Origin: the human T2T-CHM13v2.0 reference genome, Homo sapiens
NCBI RefSeq assembly: GCF_009914755.1
Contig: NC_060936.1
Length of the DNA: 64,000 bases
Strand: one strand, 5' to 3'
The notes under the pieces were generated by a model, which did no database searches, was not told where the DNA came from, and saw nothing but the letters and a program-made list of their open reading frames with translations. Both the position numbers and the translations under genes were made by a program. Shown in pieces: positions 1 through 15,089 of the stretch (the first letter of the stretch is position 1; every line of letters begins with the position of its first letter).

Positions 1-905
1 CAGCAAGATTTGCCACTTCACTGTGCACGATTACTTTATGAAGATGGGTTCTTTCCTTAGATCTCATGAACCAACCTCTGCTAGCTTCACACTTTTTTTC
101 TGCACCCCCCTCATCTCTCTCAGCTTTTATAGAATTAAAGAGAGTTAGGGCTTTGCTCTATGTTAGGCTTTGGCTTAAGGAAATATTGTGGCTGGTTTGA
201 TCTTTTATCCAGACCGCCAAAACTTTCTCCAACAATAAGGCTGTTTGACTTTATTATTAGTGTGTTCATGGAGTAGCACTTTTATTCTCCTCCAAGAACT
301 TGCTCTTTGCATTCACAACCTGGCTAAATGTTTGGTGGAAGAGGCCTAGCTTTTGGTCTGTCTCAGCTTTTGACATGCCTTCCTCACCAAACTTTATTAT
401 GTCTAGCTTTTAATATAAAGAGAAAGATGCACTATTCTCCCTTTCGCTTGAGCACTTACAGGCCATTGTAGGGCTAATAACTGGCCTGATTTTAATATTG
501 TCATGTCTCAGGGAATAGGGAAGTCCAAGGAGAGAAAGAGAGGTGGGGAAAGAGCCTGACAGTGGAGCAGTTAGAACACACATAACATTTATTGATTACG
601 TTTGCTATGTTCTATGTGAATGGTTTGTTGCACCCCAAAACAATTATAATAGTAACATTGTAATATTATATTACAATAGTAATATAATATTAGTGATCAC
701 AGATCACTATAACAGCTATAATAATAATGAAAAAGTCTGAAATATCATGACTACAAAAATGTGACACAGAGACATGAAGTGAGCACGTATTATTGGAAAA
801 ACAGCACCGATAGACTTGCAGGGTTGCCTCAAACCTACAATTTGTAAAAATTGCAATATCTGTGAAGCAGAATAAGGAGAAGCACAATGAAACAAGGTGT
901 GCCTG
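1..905 (-). mobile_element. Tigger1 DNA transposon, 5' portion (continues beyond the window start)
   Basis: Matches the reverse complement of the Tigger1 5' region (CTCATGAACCAACCTCTGCTAGCTTC; GGGTTGCCTCAAACC). Ends in the terminal repeat ...AACAAGGTGTGCCTG followed by the TA target site at 906-907. Confidence 0.9.
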
Positions 906-907
906 TA

Positions 908-1014
908 CCTTAATTTCAGACCCCTGGGCTCCAGAACTGTAAAAAAATAAATTTCTATTGTTTAAGCCACCAAGTTTGTGGTAATTTGTTATGGCAGCCC
1001 TGGGAAACTAATAC
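908..1014 (+). mobile_element. MLT1 (MaLR) LTR 3' end, interrupted by the Tigger1
   Basis: Typical MLT1 terminus: CCAGAACTGT...AATAAATTTCTATTGTTTAAGCCACCAAGTTTGTGGTAATTTGTTATGGCAGCCCTGGGAAACTAATAC. Confidence 0.8.
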
Positions 1015-2184
1015 CCTTAGCAAGAATGAATTCTACTGCCAGCTCATACTCTTTATCCAGATCATCACTCATCTCTAATAACTTATATCTTGATGCTGAA
1101 TCCAATTCTCTGTCATAGATTTACCTCCGCATTGTGGAAAATTTATCCTCAAGTGTCCCATTGTCCTTTCCTTTAGTTGGAGCCATCCCATAGAACAGAC
1201 ATTATTTTATATATCTGAACCTCAGTAGGAGGACGGAGTGGTCAGAATACCTGCTGATTTTCTTCTAAGAGAATCCTCCACTGAATGTAAATTTGTGGAT
1301 GCAAGAGAGGCCTGCTGGAAAGAGTGCACCTAGTTCCAGATGCCAGAGCACCCAGACCCTGATAAACAGAGCAATATTCCAATCCCTGCAATATCTGAAT
1401 TCCAAAATATCCTGCTATATCACGATAAGGGTACTTAATTCTAAATGTATTTTAATTTATCTTTAACATATTATATTTATGATTACTGTAGGCCAGTGGT
1501 TTGGGTTGTAAACTTAAGACACAGCTTCTGTCTTCTGAGAATTAATAATCTACTTGGAAAATACCTACTTATTTTCATAATATTTATTTATAAATAAATA
1601 GAAATATAAATACATTAAATAGGATAAAATATACTAGGCATTGTTAAGCACATACACACCAAAACCTCTCTTGGTTATAATCTATAAGAACAAAATAGAT
1701 GTAGGTTTTAGTAGTTTCAAATATACCTTCTTATCCTATTGCACTTACTATTTGAGTTTCTTATTATATCAATATGTTACTTTTTAATAAATTAATCACC
1801 CTCTTTTAGAGGCAGAAGAATTAAGGTGATTATTATACTTAACATACGGCAATACGGGATCCATTTCATGGATCAGAATTGCGGCTTATTTAGCATAGTA
1901 TTTAACACAGCATGGGAAAGAGAATTGTCCTCTCTGACTTCAATCTCAAAGGTTTGGTATTTAGCTGAGCTTCATTTCAGAGCCGTTATGATTCTGTGAG
2001 TCATAAACATAAACATTTATTTTTAACTAATATTTGAAATGCTTCAGATAAGCTGGATGCTGTAACAGCTGCTCTTCTGAATGTCATTCCATAATGAGAA
2101 CCATTCCTGAATCAATAGAATAATAATCATACTGTATTCTTCTGATATCAGGGGCATTTCATCTTCCTTTTGTGCTTAGCAGGT

Positions 2185-2658
2185 ATAGTCTTTAGGAATA
2201 AGAGTTGGCTGTGTATTGCAGAAAAAAAAAAAAGAATGCCTGGAACAACAGAACTTTATTTCTCCCTTAAACCTAAAAAAGAAGGCTTGTATGGACAGAC
2301 CAGGGCCCCCATGGTGGCTCCTCAAAGTCTTCAGAGGCCCAGGCTCAAGGTATCTTTCTTCCCAACCTCCTAAAACATGGCTTCCATTCCCAAAATTTAT
2401 TCACAGCTCCAATATGGCTGATTAATTCCAGTGGTCACATCTCCATGAAGAAGGAAGAGAAGAAAGAATACTCTTCCCCTCACTTTCAGAAGCTTTCCTG
2501 AAAGTCTTGAAAACACTTCCACTTACATTTCATTGGCCACATCAATCTGCAAGAAAAGCTAGAATATACAGTTTTCAGCTGGGCCCATTTTGAGGGTTTG
2601 GTTACTAAGAAACAAAAAGAGAATAGATTTGAGGAGGCAATTAATGGCCTGTGATGCA
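2185..2658 (-). mobile_element. Old MLT1 (J/K-like) MaLR LTR
   Basis: Diverged motifs CAATATGGCTG, CACTTCCACTTACATTTCATTGGCCA and GTTACTAAGAAACAAAAAGAGAATAGAT, typical of antisense old MLT1. Confidence 0.55.
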
Positions 2659-5308
2659 GCAGAGTATCTACTTATACCATAGGTCAGCTTCTGAAGGTTA
2701 CACTTAGAGTCACAGTGGTGGTGCAAAATGTACCTCTCTGTGACACTTAACCAATTTACGTTCTTTTCATCACTTTGCCTGAGCAGCCACAATCCAAAAA
2801 AAGTAAAGAAACTTCAATTTTATATGTCATAAGATAATTTTATATTTTAAAATTCTGGTATCTAAATAAAGATAATTCTAACAAGGTGAAAAGAAACAGT
2901 AGATCCAAGGGTTTAAGAAAAGTCCTTTGTCCAAGGTGCTGTCTTGGGGCCCTCTTAATAACAATGTAGTAAAAATCAATACTGAGCCATCTTCCGCTGC
3001 TGTGTTTTCAGGTATGTCTGGATGTGTTTGTCAAATTCATGGAGTAGACTGACAAAATATGTTTTCAGGGGGGTCTGAGTACTTAGTGGCAGGTAAGGAG
3101 ACAAGCATGACAAGGCTGACCTCTGAAGTGAGAAGAGAATAGGGATTCTGAGAACAGCATGGTTGAGACTGAGAAAATCTGTTCCCAACACTGTTCCCTT
3201 GATGCAGGTCTGGAGACTCAGAAGAAAGAAGCTATGAGTAAAAATGGAAAAAGTCTCTCTCTAAACTCTCTAACAGTTTGGGGCCCAGGCAGCACTGCCT
3301 TGGGGTGCATCTAACACAATGCAACCCTGTGAGTACAGAAGGCATCTTCTTCAATTCCACAGTAGGCCACCTCAAAGTTTTGTGATGCTGAGAGCTTGCT
3401 GATATTGGACATATCCGTGTACAACTGATATGTCCAATACCCAGGGATGCAATAGCACAGGCTTACACAGTACCTCCCTGTTGCCACTCTACCAGGCCAG
3501 ATGTGTAGTCCTTCTCGCAGCATGCAGAGGGCCAGTTGAGAAGAAGCACCATCCGCCCTACCTGGAAAAGTGAAAATAGCCACAAATAGGGACACTACTC
3601 TGCCCAGAATTGCAGGGGAGATATCAGGGGGACAAACTGCACTCGAGCACACATGAAGTATTCCTGGGGCTGCTGGAACTGGGTAGAGGATGAGACACTG
3701 CTGGCAGCACTGTATAAAGGTCTGAACACCTGCATGGTTAGTGGTTTATAGCTAGGATAATGTGAACTACATGTATATTTTTCCTGGTAAGAATAGTCCT
3801 ACATCAAAACTGAAAAAAAAATTTTAAGAGAAAAAAGTAATATGATGTGACTTTGCATGTTACTGTGGAACTGTGAAATGGGTTTTGCTGTAGATACCAC
3901 ATACAGATCTTCAAGACATTCGTAATTCATGTCATTCAAAAATATTTATTAAACACCTACTATATGTCCTATAAATTTCTAGGATACAGTGGTGAATCAC
4001 AAAGATGTGACTGGGAGAGTCAGGTTGAAGCCAACGTCAGATGTGAGCTGTAGAAGCTAGTGGTTCAGTTTGACTGCCCCAAGAAATTCACCAACATATT
4101 ACATTTACTCCAAAAAAAAAAAAAAAAAAAAAGTGTATCTGGTTACCTTGACAGATTAAATTATTGCTCCAATATTTTTACTTGTTATACATTATTATAC
4201 ATTAGAAAGCCTGTTTCAAGTGACTTTTTAAAACAAGTTTAAAATATAATTTATATACCATAAAAATTCAGTAATTGTAAGTCTTTAGTTCCATGATTTT
4301 GGATACATTTATATAATGGAATTTATATAACAGAACAACATCACGGTGCAGTTTTAGAGCACTTCTCTTACCCCAAAAAGTTCCCTTATGCTGTCTCTAA
4401 TCAATCCCTTCTCCCACTCCCAGCCCCAAGCAATCATATCTCTACCATTTTTCGTTTCTTAGAAATTGTATACAAATGGAATCATACAATATATCATCTT
4501 TTACCTCTTTCATAATGGTTACTTATGGTTTTGAGATTTGTTCATGTTGTCGCCTATAGCACATTTCATTCCCTTTTATTGCTGACTAGTATTTAATTGT
4601 ATGGCTATACCACCTTCTGCTTATCCATTTCTCAGCTGATTAACATTTGGATTGTTTCCAGATTTTGGCTATGACTGTTCACCTGCAAGTATTTGTGTCT
4701 TTGCTTCTCCTGAGTAGATACTAAGGAGTGCAAATGCTGGGTAGTATGGTAAGTACAGTATATGTATAACTTGCCAAGAAACTACTGTACTGTTTTTCTA
4801 AAGTGAATATAACATTTTACATTCTCATGAGCATTGTAGAAGGATTTCAGCTTGTCTGACACAATATTGTAAGACTTTGATAACAGCCATTCTGGTGGGT
4901 CTCTAGTGGTATTTCGTTGTGCTTTTACTTCGCCTCTCCTAAATGTTTTCATCTTTTTATGTGCTTGTTAGTCATTTGCATGTCTTCTTTGGTGAAACAC
5001 CTATTCAAACCTGCCCATTTTTTAATCAGATTCTTTGTCTTTTTATTATTGAATTGTAATAGCTATTTATGATTCCGAGTATGTCTTTTATCAGTTATAT
5101 GACTTAAAAGTATTTTCTTCTAGTCTGTGGCTTAGTTTTATTAATAGTGCCTTTTAAAGAGTAAAACATTTTAACTTTGATAAAGTCTAATTTATAAATT
5201 TTGTCATTTTTGTTAGATTGAAGAAATCATATTTGTGATCTAATGTTTTCTTCTAGAAATGTTACAGTTCTTGCTCTTACATTTGACTCTCTGATCCATT
5301 TTGAATTA

Positions 5309-5312
<4 letters not shown>

Positions 5313-5358
<46 letters not shown>
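5313..5358. repeat. (TG)23 microsatellite
   Basis: 46 bp uninterrupted TG run. Confidence 0.97.
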
Positions 5359-5361
<3 letters not shown>

Positions 5362-7214
5362 GGTAATGTAAGAGTCTAAGTACTTTTGCATATGGATATT
5401 AAATTGTCTCAGCACAATTTGTTGAGAAGACTATTTTTCCCCAAATGAATTGTATTTGCACCTTTTTTGAAAACCCATTCATCATAAATGTTAGAGATTA
5501 TTTCTGGGCTCTCCATTCTGTTCCACTGACCAATGTTTATCCTTATATCAATAAATACCACACTGCCTGATGACCAGAACCATGCTGTAATTTTGAAATA
5601 AGCTAGTATAAATCCCCAACTTCATTTTTCTTTTTCAAAATTGTTTTAGCTCTTTGTATTTCCATATAAACTTTAGAATCAACTTGCCAAATTCAACAAG
5701 AAACAGCCTGCTGGGATTTTGATAGGAATTGTGTTAAATCTACAGATCATTTTGAGAAGAAATGCCATCTTAATAACATTGAGTCTTACATTCCAAGAAT
5801 ATGGTATCTCTTTCCATTAATTTAGATCTTGTGTGATTTCTCTTAGCAATGTTTTATAATATTTTGGCTTATGGGTCCTACACTTCTCTTGTTATACCTA
5901 TTCCTAAGAATTTTCTTTTGTTCATACTTTTGTGAATGAAATTACTTTCTTAAATTTATTTTCGAATGGTTCATTGCTGGTATAAAGAAATAAAATTGGT
6001 TGTTGCAAATTTACTTCATAGCCTGCAGCCTTGCTAAACTCACATTAATTTTAACTGGTACTTAACCTACATATAATCTTGGGATTTTCTACATACAAAA
6101 TCATAAAGGTCTTTAATTTATTTCGTAGCTTTGTTACATTGGCTGGAACATTCAGTAAAATGTTGAGTAGAAGTAGTGAGAGTGTATGTACTTGGCCTAT
6201 TCCCAATCTAAGTGGAAAACTTTTACAACTATCATTCACAATTAAGTATAATATTAGCTGAAGGTTTTTCATACATACTCTTTCTCAGGTACAGGAAGTT
6301 CGTTCCTATTTCTAATCTGTTGAGAGATTTTAAACATCAATGAATACTATATTTTGTCAAAAGTTGTTTTCTGTGTCTACTGAGAAAATTGTATAGCTTT
6401 AGTCCTTCATTCTATTAATATAGTATATTTATTAATTGATTTGCATATGTAAAGTCATTCTTGCATTTCAGGAATAAATTCTACTGGGTAATGGCATATA
6501 ATCCTCTGTTTATGTTGCTTGTTTCAATAAGCTAATATTTTGTTAAGAATTTCTGCATCTATGTTCATTAGAAATAATTGTATAGTTTTCTTTTCTTGTG
6601 ATAACTTTGTCCTGCTTTGGTATCATATCAATACTGACAAGTTAGGAAGGGTTTCCTCCTCTTTTTTTCTGAAAATGTTTGTGTAGGATTGGTATTATTT
6701 TTTCTCTAAATGTTTGACAAAATTTACTAGTGATGCCATCCAGGTCTGAGCTTTTCTTTGTAGGAAGCTTGTAAATTACTAATTCAATCTCTATGAATTT
6801 CAGGTTTATTCAGATTTCTATTTCTTCTTATGACAGTTTTGGTAACCTGTATCCTTCTAGAATATTAACTATTTCATCTACATTGTCTAATTCATTGGCA
6901 TAATATTCCCTTCTAATTCTTTTAATTTCTGCAGGATCTGTGGTGATGTTCTTTCATTCTTGATTTTGTTAATTTGTCTTCTATCTCTTTTTTTGTTAGT
7001 GTAGCTAAATGTTTATCAGTTTTACTGATCTTAAATAAACAAACTTTTGATTTTGTGGATTTACTCTGTTTTTCCAATTTGTATTTCATTTATTTCTTTT
7101 TTGGTCTTTATTATATTCTTCCCTATGCTTACTTGAGATTTAACTTACCATTCTTTGTCTAGCTTCTTGAGGTGGAAGCTTAGGAAATTGATTTTAGATC
7201 TATTTTCTTTCTAA

Positions 7215-7579
<365 letters not shown>

Positions 7580-8594
7580 CATAAATTTTGATAGATTAGG
7601 TTTTAATCATTATTCAGTTAAGCATATTTTCTAACTTACCTGGTGATTTCATCTTTGACTCACTGTTTTTCTAAAACTATTTGTTGAAATTCCAAATATT
7701 TGTGAAGTCCTAAATACTTTTCCGTTGTTGGTTTCCTGAATTTTTTTAGTCAAAAATCATATTCTGAGATGTGTTTGACAGTCTATAGTATTATTATTTA
7801 TCATGGAAAATGTTCCATGTACACTTGAAAAAAATGTGTACCCTGCTGTTGTTGGATAGAGTGCTCTATATATTATTTACATCAAGTTGGTTAATGGTGT
7901 TGTTCAAGTCGTGAATATCCTTACTGATATTCTGTCTAGTTCTGTCAATTACTAAAAGAAGGATGTTGAAATTTCCAACTACTACAATATTATATTGTCT
8001 GTCCTTTAATTCTGTCAATCTTTGCTACATTTGGGACTCTGGTGTTAGATGTTTATACATTTATAATTGCTACTTCTTCCTGATATACTGAAAATTTTAT
8101 TATTATAAAATTGTTATCTTTGTCTCTCATAATAGTACTTGTCTTCAGGTCTATGGTTTTGTATGTAATAAAGCCAGTTTGGTTCTTTACTAGCTATTGT
8201 TTGCTTTTTCTCTCCTTTTACTTTCAACCTGTTGGTATTTTTCAATATAATGTCTCTTATAGATAACATATAGTTGGACCTTGCTCTTTCCTCTGTTAGA
8301 GTTTTAATTATATTTTTAAATTATTTTCTTAGTAATTCTTCTAAGGACTACAACATATATCTTTAATTTATCATAATCTGTTTCAGGTTAATAATAATAG
8401 TAATAATATACAGGAACTTTGCTCCAGTTTATTATTTCCACTATCTTTTCTCACTTTAGTGCTAGTATTGTCATACATATTACAACTATATATGTAAGAT
8501 ATCCTCCAAAATATAGCATTATAATTATTGCTTCAAGTACTTTTTGTTTTTAAAGAAATTAAGAAAAGAGAAAACACTGGACAGTCTTTTATAG

Positions 8595-8919
<325 letters not shown>

Positions 8920-9079
8920 ATATTTAACATTTTCATTGGTCCTTCTTCCTTCCTATGTAATTGAGTAATCATCTGCTGTCATTTCCTTTCAGCCCAAAGG
9001 ACTGCCTTCAGATTTCTTGTAGACAAGGTCTATTTTTGTTTTTGTTTATCTGGGAAGGTCTTTATTCTGCATTCATTTT

Positions 9080-9398
9080 TTACTCTTTTTTATTTTTTAA
9101 ATTTTTTTTGAGATATGGTCTCACTGTGTCACCCAGGATGGAATGCAGTAGTGCAATCATAGTTCACTGCAGCCTCAAACTCCTGGGGTCAAGGGGTCCT
9201 AAGCCTCCTGAGTAACTGGAAGTATGGAAGTAGGGGTACACACCACCATGCCTAGCTTTTTTCTTTTTTCTTTTTTTTTGTAAAGATGGGGTCTCATTAT
9301 GTTCCCCAGACTTATCTCAAATTCCTGGCTTCAAGCAATCCTCCCAACTCAGCCTCTCAAAGTGCTGGGATTACAGGTGTGAGCCACCTCACCCAGCC
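9080..9398 (-). mobile_element. AluJ
   Basis: Diverged dimer with J-type ATCATAGTTCACTGCAGCCTC and CAAGCAATCCTCCC. TSD TGC(A/C)TTCATTTT at 9068-9079 / 9399-9410. Confidence 0.85.
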
Positions 9399-11640
9399 TG
9401 CCTTCATTTTCGAAGACTGTCTTGCTAGAAAGAATATTCTTCGTTGATAGGCTTTTTTTTTTTCCTATGATCACTTTGGCTATTTATTTCACTGCCTTCT
9501 ACACTCTGTATGTTTTATGAAAAGCAAGCCACTAGCCATCGTGTATGGTTCTTCATTCACAATGAGTCATTTTCCTCTCACTCTCACTATTCTAAAACTT
9601 TGCTTTTGTCTAGGCTTTTAAAAGTTTTTTATTATCATGGGTATAGGTGTAAATAACTTTGCTTTTATCTTAGTTGATGCTTAATGAGTTTCTTCAACAT
9701 ACAGACTAAGGTTTTCACTAGGTTTGAGTTTATGGCCATTAATTCTTCAAAAAAATTTTGCCCTTTACTCTCTCCACTCCTTATGAACTTTCATTCCAAT
9801 ATGTTGATAGGCTCTATAAGTCTTTGAGTCTCTTCATTTTTCTTCAATCTTATTTTCTTTTTTGTTCTTTAGAATGGATAATTTCTATTGATCTATCTTC
9901 AAGTACACTGATTTTCTCTTCTGCCTTTTCAAATCTGTTGAGACTATTTAGCAAACTTTTCATTCCAGTTACTGTATTTTCCAAATGTAGAATCAATAAA
10001 AGCATTAAAATATTTAAAAAAAGATTTGGCTCTTTTTTATAGTTTTATTTTAGCTATTGTATTTTCCAAATCAAGAATTTCTATTTGGCTTTTTTTTCTA
10101 GTTTCTATTCTCTATTTAGATTTTCTATTTGTTGAGCCATTTTCACCATATTTTCCTTTACTTCTTTGAATAAGATTTCCTTTTAGTCTTCAGATATATT
10201 TATGTTAGCTGCTTTCGTGTCTTTTTCTGCTAAACTCAAAATCTTGACCCACAAAGACACAGTTTCTATAGACTACTTGTTCTCTGAGTATGGATTTTAC
10301 TTTCCTGTCTATTTGTAGGTCTCATATTTTTGTTAAAAAGTGGACGTTTTAGATACTATATTATAGCAATTTAGAGATTGCTTTATTGATTTATTTATTA
10401 TAAAAATAATAACTTGAATGAACTTTAACTGCAGAATTTGTCTCCCACATTGGGTATAGCTGATGAAGTTTCTGTTCAAGTTTTAAACTGTGCTTTTAAA
10501 ATTACTTTTAGCCTGCCTTATTAGGGCTCAACCTATGTGTCACTAATACCTTGATGGTCAGCTAATGATCTAGGTAGAGGTTTACTTAAATACCTCAGGC
10601 CCAAAAGCACTTCTATCCCCAATAATCAATATGTGTCTACATTGGGAAATAAATTCAAAGCTGAGCCAATTCTAAAGTATGGCTTGGCATTTACTTTCTA
10701 TTATTCTTTTTGGTCTCCTCTGTGCACATGCATAGTTTGTAGATTCTGAGTTATCCAGAAATGTGTGGAACACCTATTGGGCTCTTCTATGGATGTTTTG
10801 TTTCTAGGATTTCACCATTAAATTACTAGTTGGTCTACTATTTTCCCCCAAATAAAACCAGAGCCTTGGGCTAGCAAAGCTGTAGGTTTCCTATTTATTT
10901 CCTGTAGGTTTCCTATTTGGCTTGGTCATGGGGTTTTGCCCTGAGTTGAGTCTGCCTACTCAGGAAGCAACCCTACTGGTGTTCATGGCCAGTGTTACCT
11001 TGGTGAAACTATAGCTGCTTTTGCCAACTTTCTTGGGTGAGAGGAGGTATGGGAGATTCCCCCAAGCAAAAAAAAAAAAAAAAAAAAAAAGCCACATATT
11101 TCCACAATTCTTACCCTAAATTCTTGCAGTATTTTTTTTAGAATAAACACATCTCAATTATTATCTGCCTTTTGCCAATTCCCACATCCTTGAAATAGTT
11201 GTTATTGAAAAAACTTTCCACTTTTATATCTGACTTTTTTTTTTATAGAGAGGATTCACTAACATCTTCATACTATCATAGCTGGAAACACCTCTGTCAT
11301 ATTGCTTTATAGTACCTCTTCATAGGGTAGCAAGAATATATCTCTTTGTTCCATTGATACTGAACTTGGTCATATGTTAATGATGTATTACCAGAGGCTT
11401 TAAATGTAATCTCATGATTTGGCTTGGCTCTTGGGCTCCTGTGATCCATCATCAGAGGAGCATACCTTGTATAGTCATTGGTAGTAAAATAAAGAAACAT
11501 AAAGCAGATCTATTCCAATTTTCAACCTGGAGCCAAGCCCAGCTGAGCTCAACCAAGTTCAGCCAAACCCCAGCTGAAACTCTACTGACCTACAGATGTA
11601 AGAATAAGAAAACAAATATTTATTATTATAAAAAACTGAG

Positions 11641-12690
<1,050 letters not shown>

Positions 12691-12849
12691 CTATTCAATG
12701 AATCCAGGCTGAAGGGTAATGCCTAAGATACAAGTATCATCAAATGCCATAGAAAGGTAACAAAACAACTGTCATGGATTTATCACGAAATTCTCTATAG
12801 AGAGGGCAATGGACTGGTATAAGCCTTAAAAAGCCATTTTCTTCTGAGT

Positions 12850-13530
12850 ATTATTAACAAAGAAGTAGAGAAGTACGTAAAAAATTCAATTGTTTCTTTT
12901 TTGAGGCCGAGAGATCAGGTTTAGATCTAACTCAGCACTACTCTATTATGCTAGCATTATAAACTGAAGGCCCATAAGCAAAAATGCATTCTAAACTTCT
13001 GTTTTGTTGCAAGTCCTGTATCTTTTGCCCATACCACACAGAGCTTCTTGAGCAATTTTATCAGGTTTGTTCAATTCACAGCGTCTAAAACAGAATATCT
13101 ACATTATGGGGCAGCAGAAGACATCCTAGCATATCTCATTCAAATGATAGAACTTACCAATAAATAATTGTTCATAACACAATGTCATATGGCTCAAAAT
13201 AGATGTCTGTGTATTTGGGAAAGATACCACCTCACAGATCTAGGAATGTTAACTTAAAAATCAGATCTCTTACCAGCATCATAAGGAATATTGTCAGTCT
13301 TGGCATTGAGATAGTCCTCATATTGATGTACCACTGGAATGTGTGTATGCAGAGAATGGAAGACAGCAGGATACTCAAGGAGCTATTGTGTAAGAAAGCT
13401 GATGTCAAAAAAATCACAAGCAAGCAGAGCAGGATAAACGCTATAGGAACATATCGAAGCACAGCTTCAAGCAATGCCACAGAGCTTTGGACTGCTGGGA
13501 AATAACAGCCGTACACAATCAGCCCTAGCT
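12850..13530 (+). mobile_element. Ancient RTE-clade LINE relic (MamRTE1/L4-type), RT C-terminal region
   Basis: Colinear peptide remnants INKEVEKYVKNSIVSFLRPRDQV* (12853), KLKAHK (12961), CCKSC...HTELLEQFYQ (13005-13064), GIEIVLI...RMEDSRILKELL and KHSFKQC...DCWEITA. These resemble the RTE motifs I.EV..RI..A...FGRL...VW, TKLKVY, YGCE.W...H...LEQFHQ, RMEDSR.PK.LLY and LKQC....WE..A. Confidence 0.7.
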
Positions 13531-14333
13531 GCCGCTATAATGAATGTGAAGAAAGCCTTCAGGTGAGAAGCTAAACAACAATGGGCTACCTCTGCTAACT
13601 CAGGATCATATTTCTTATGTGCATAGTTTATTCTACATTTGCCTACTTAGCCACACTTGAACTTAAACATAGCAATTGTGGCTTGATCCCACAGCATCAT
13701 CTTAAAAAATAGAAGCCAACAGAATAATTCTACCTGTAGCCTATCAATCCTTTATTTATTTTTATATTATTTTCTCAACAGTTGTATGCATAAATTCTAA
13801 TCTCATTTGAAAATGCCACATACTACAGGTAATAGATTAGTAGGAAGAATTCTGGCAGCCACAGATATCTCATCCGTAACCACTAATTCAGAAGCCAGAA
13901 AGATCTCCGCCCTACAAGGAAATCAGCTATAATAAAGCTTATGGAATTTATCTACAGAAGAAACAGCCTGCCATGGGTTTCAAGACTTACATTTTTGTAA
14001 AAGCTTATAGGCTTCATAAACTATCTGCTTTCTCTAGAAAAAGATCAGGTTTTCTGAATTTCTAAGGGGCATCCATGTTGCATTGGAAAGGGCATAGAAG
14101 TATACTTAGGAAACAATTACAAACAACGTGAAAAACACAGCCAAATTATCAAACATAATCACACATCAACCGGGGGCATATTATATGACAGTAATAGTCT
14201 TATGAGACTCACTAACTCATAAGGCATTAATAAAACAGAACATAAAAAAATAGTGCTTCATAATGATGACACTGGCCTATCAAGAAAATGCTATATTAAG
14301 TGGCTTTCTCTGATTAAGAAGATGTAGAAGTAG

Positions 14334-14633
14334 TGGGACACAGTGGCTCACGCCTGTAATCCCAGCACTTTGGGAGGCCGAGGCGGGTGGATCACTTAAG
14401 CTCAGGAGTTCAAGACCAGCCTGGCAACAAGGTGAAACCGGATCTCTAAAAAAAAATACAAAAATTAGCCAGGCGTGGTGGTGCGTGCCTGTAATCCCAG
14501 CTACCCGGGAAGCTGAGGTGGAAGGATCGTTTGAGCTGAGGAGGTAGAGGTTGCAGTGAGCCACAATCGCATCACTGCCCTCCAGCCTGGGTAACAGAGC
14601 CAGACCCTGTCTCAAAAAAAAAACAAAAAGAAA
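14334..14633 (+). mobile_element. AluJb-like
   Basis: Dimer with AGGATCGTTTGAG and GACCCTGTCTC. 15-bp TSD AAGATGTAGAAGTAG at 14319-14333 / 14634-14648. Confidence 0.88.
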
Positions 14634-14764
14634 AAGATGTAGAAGTAGAGTACACTTAAGGACGCTTTCCAAAAAGTAATTTAAACAGTGAACATTTTAA
14701 TGTTTAAGTGCATTTGGAAAATATAAACATGTAAAACACTTCATTGTGCAATGGCTGTAGATTT

Positions 14765-15089
14765 CCACTGTCTAATAGAAATATAAATGCCAGCCACAAA
14801 TGGAAATGACATCTGTAATCTTTAATAGTCTTGTAGTCACTTTAAAAGAGATTTTTTAAGAGTAAAATCAATTCTAATAGATGTTATTTGACCCATTGTA
14901 GTCAAAACATTATTATTTTGACATATAATCAACATAAAAATTATTAATAAGATTTCCTTACTTTATTTATACTAAATTTATAAAATCTGGTGTGTGTTTT
15001 ATACTACAGCACATCTCAATTTGTACTAGACACATTTCAAGTCCTGGATAGACACATTTGGTTAGTGACTACCATATTAGACAGTGCAG
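14765..15089 (+). mobile_element. MER33 (hAT-Charlie) non-autonomous DNA transposon
   Basis: CTGTCTAATAGAAATATA...CAGCACATCTCAATTTGTACTAGACACATTTCAAG...CTACCATATTAGACAGTGCAG matches the recalled MER33 consensus. Confidence 0.8.

Noticed and set aside
4092-4112. Isolated A21 run (also A23 at 11068-11090 and A14 at 32054-32067) as retroinsertions
   Set aside because: No flanking TSD or body visible; simple homopolymer expansion is sufficient.
5227-5415. ORF with an HTHTHT repeat
   Set aside because: Produced by the (TG)23 microsatellite inside decayed L1 ORF2.
13203-13505. 100-aa ORF as a host exon
   Set aside because: Better explained as an RTE LINE remnant; adjacent homologous parts have stops and frameshifts.
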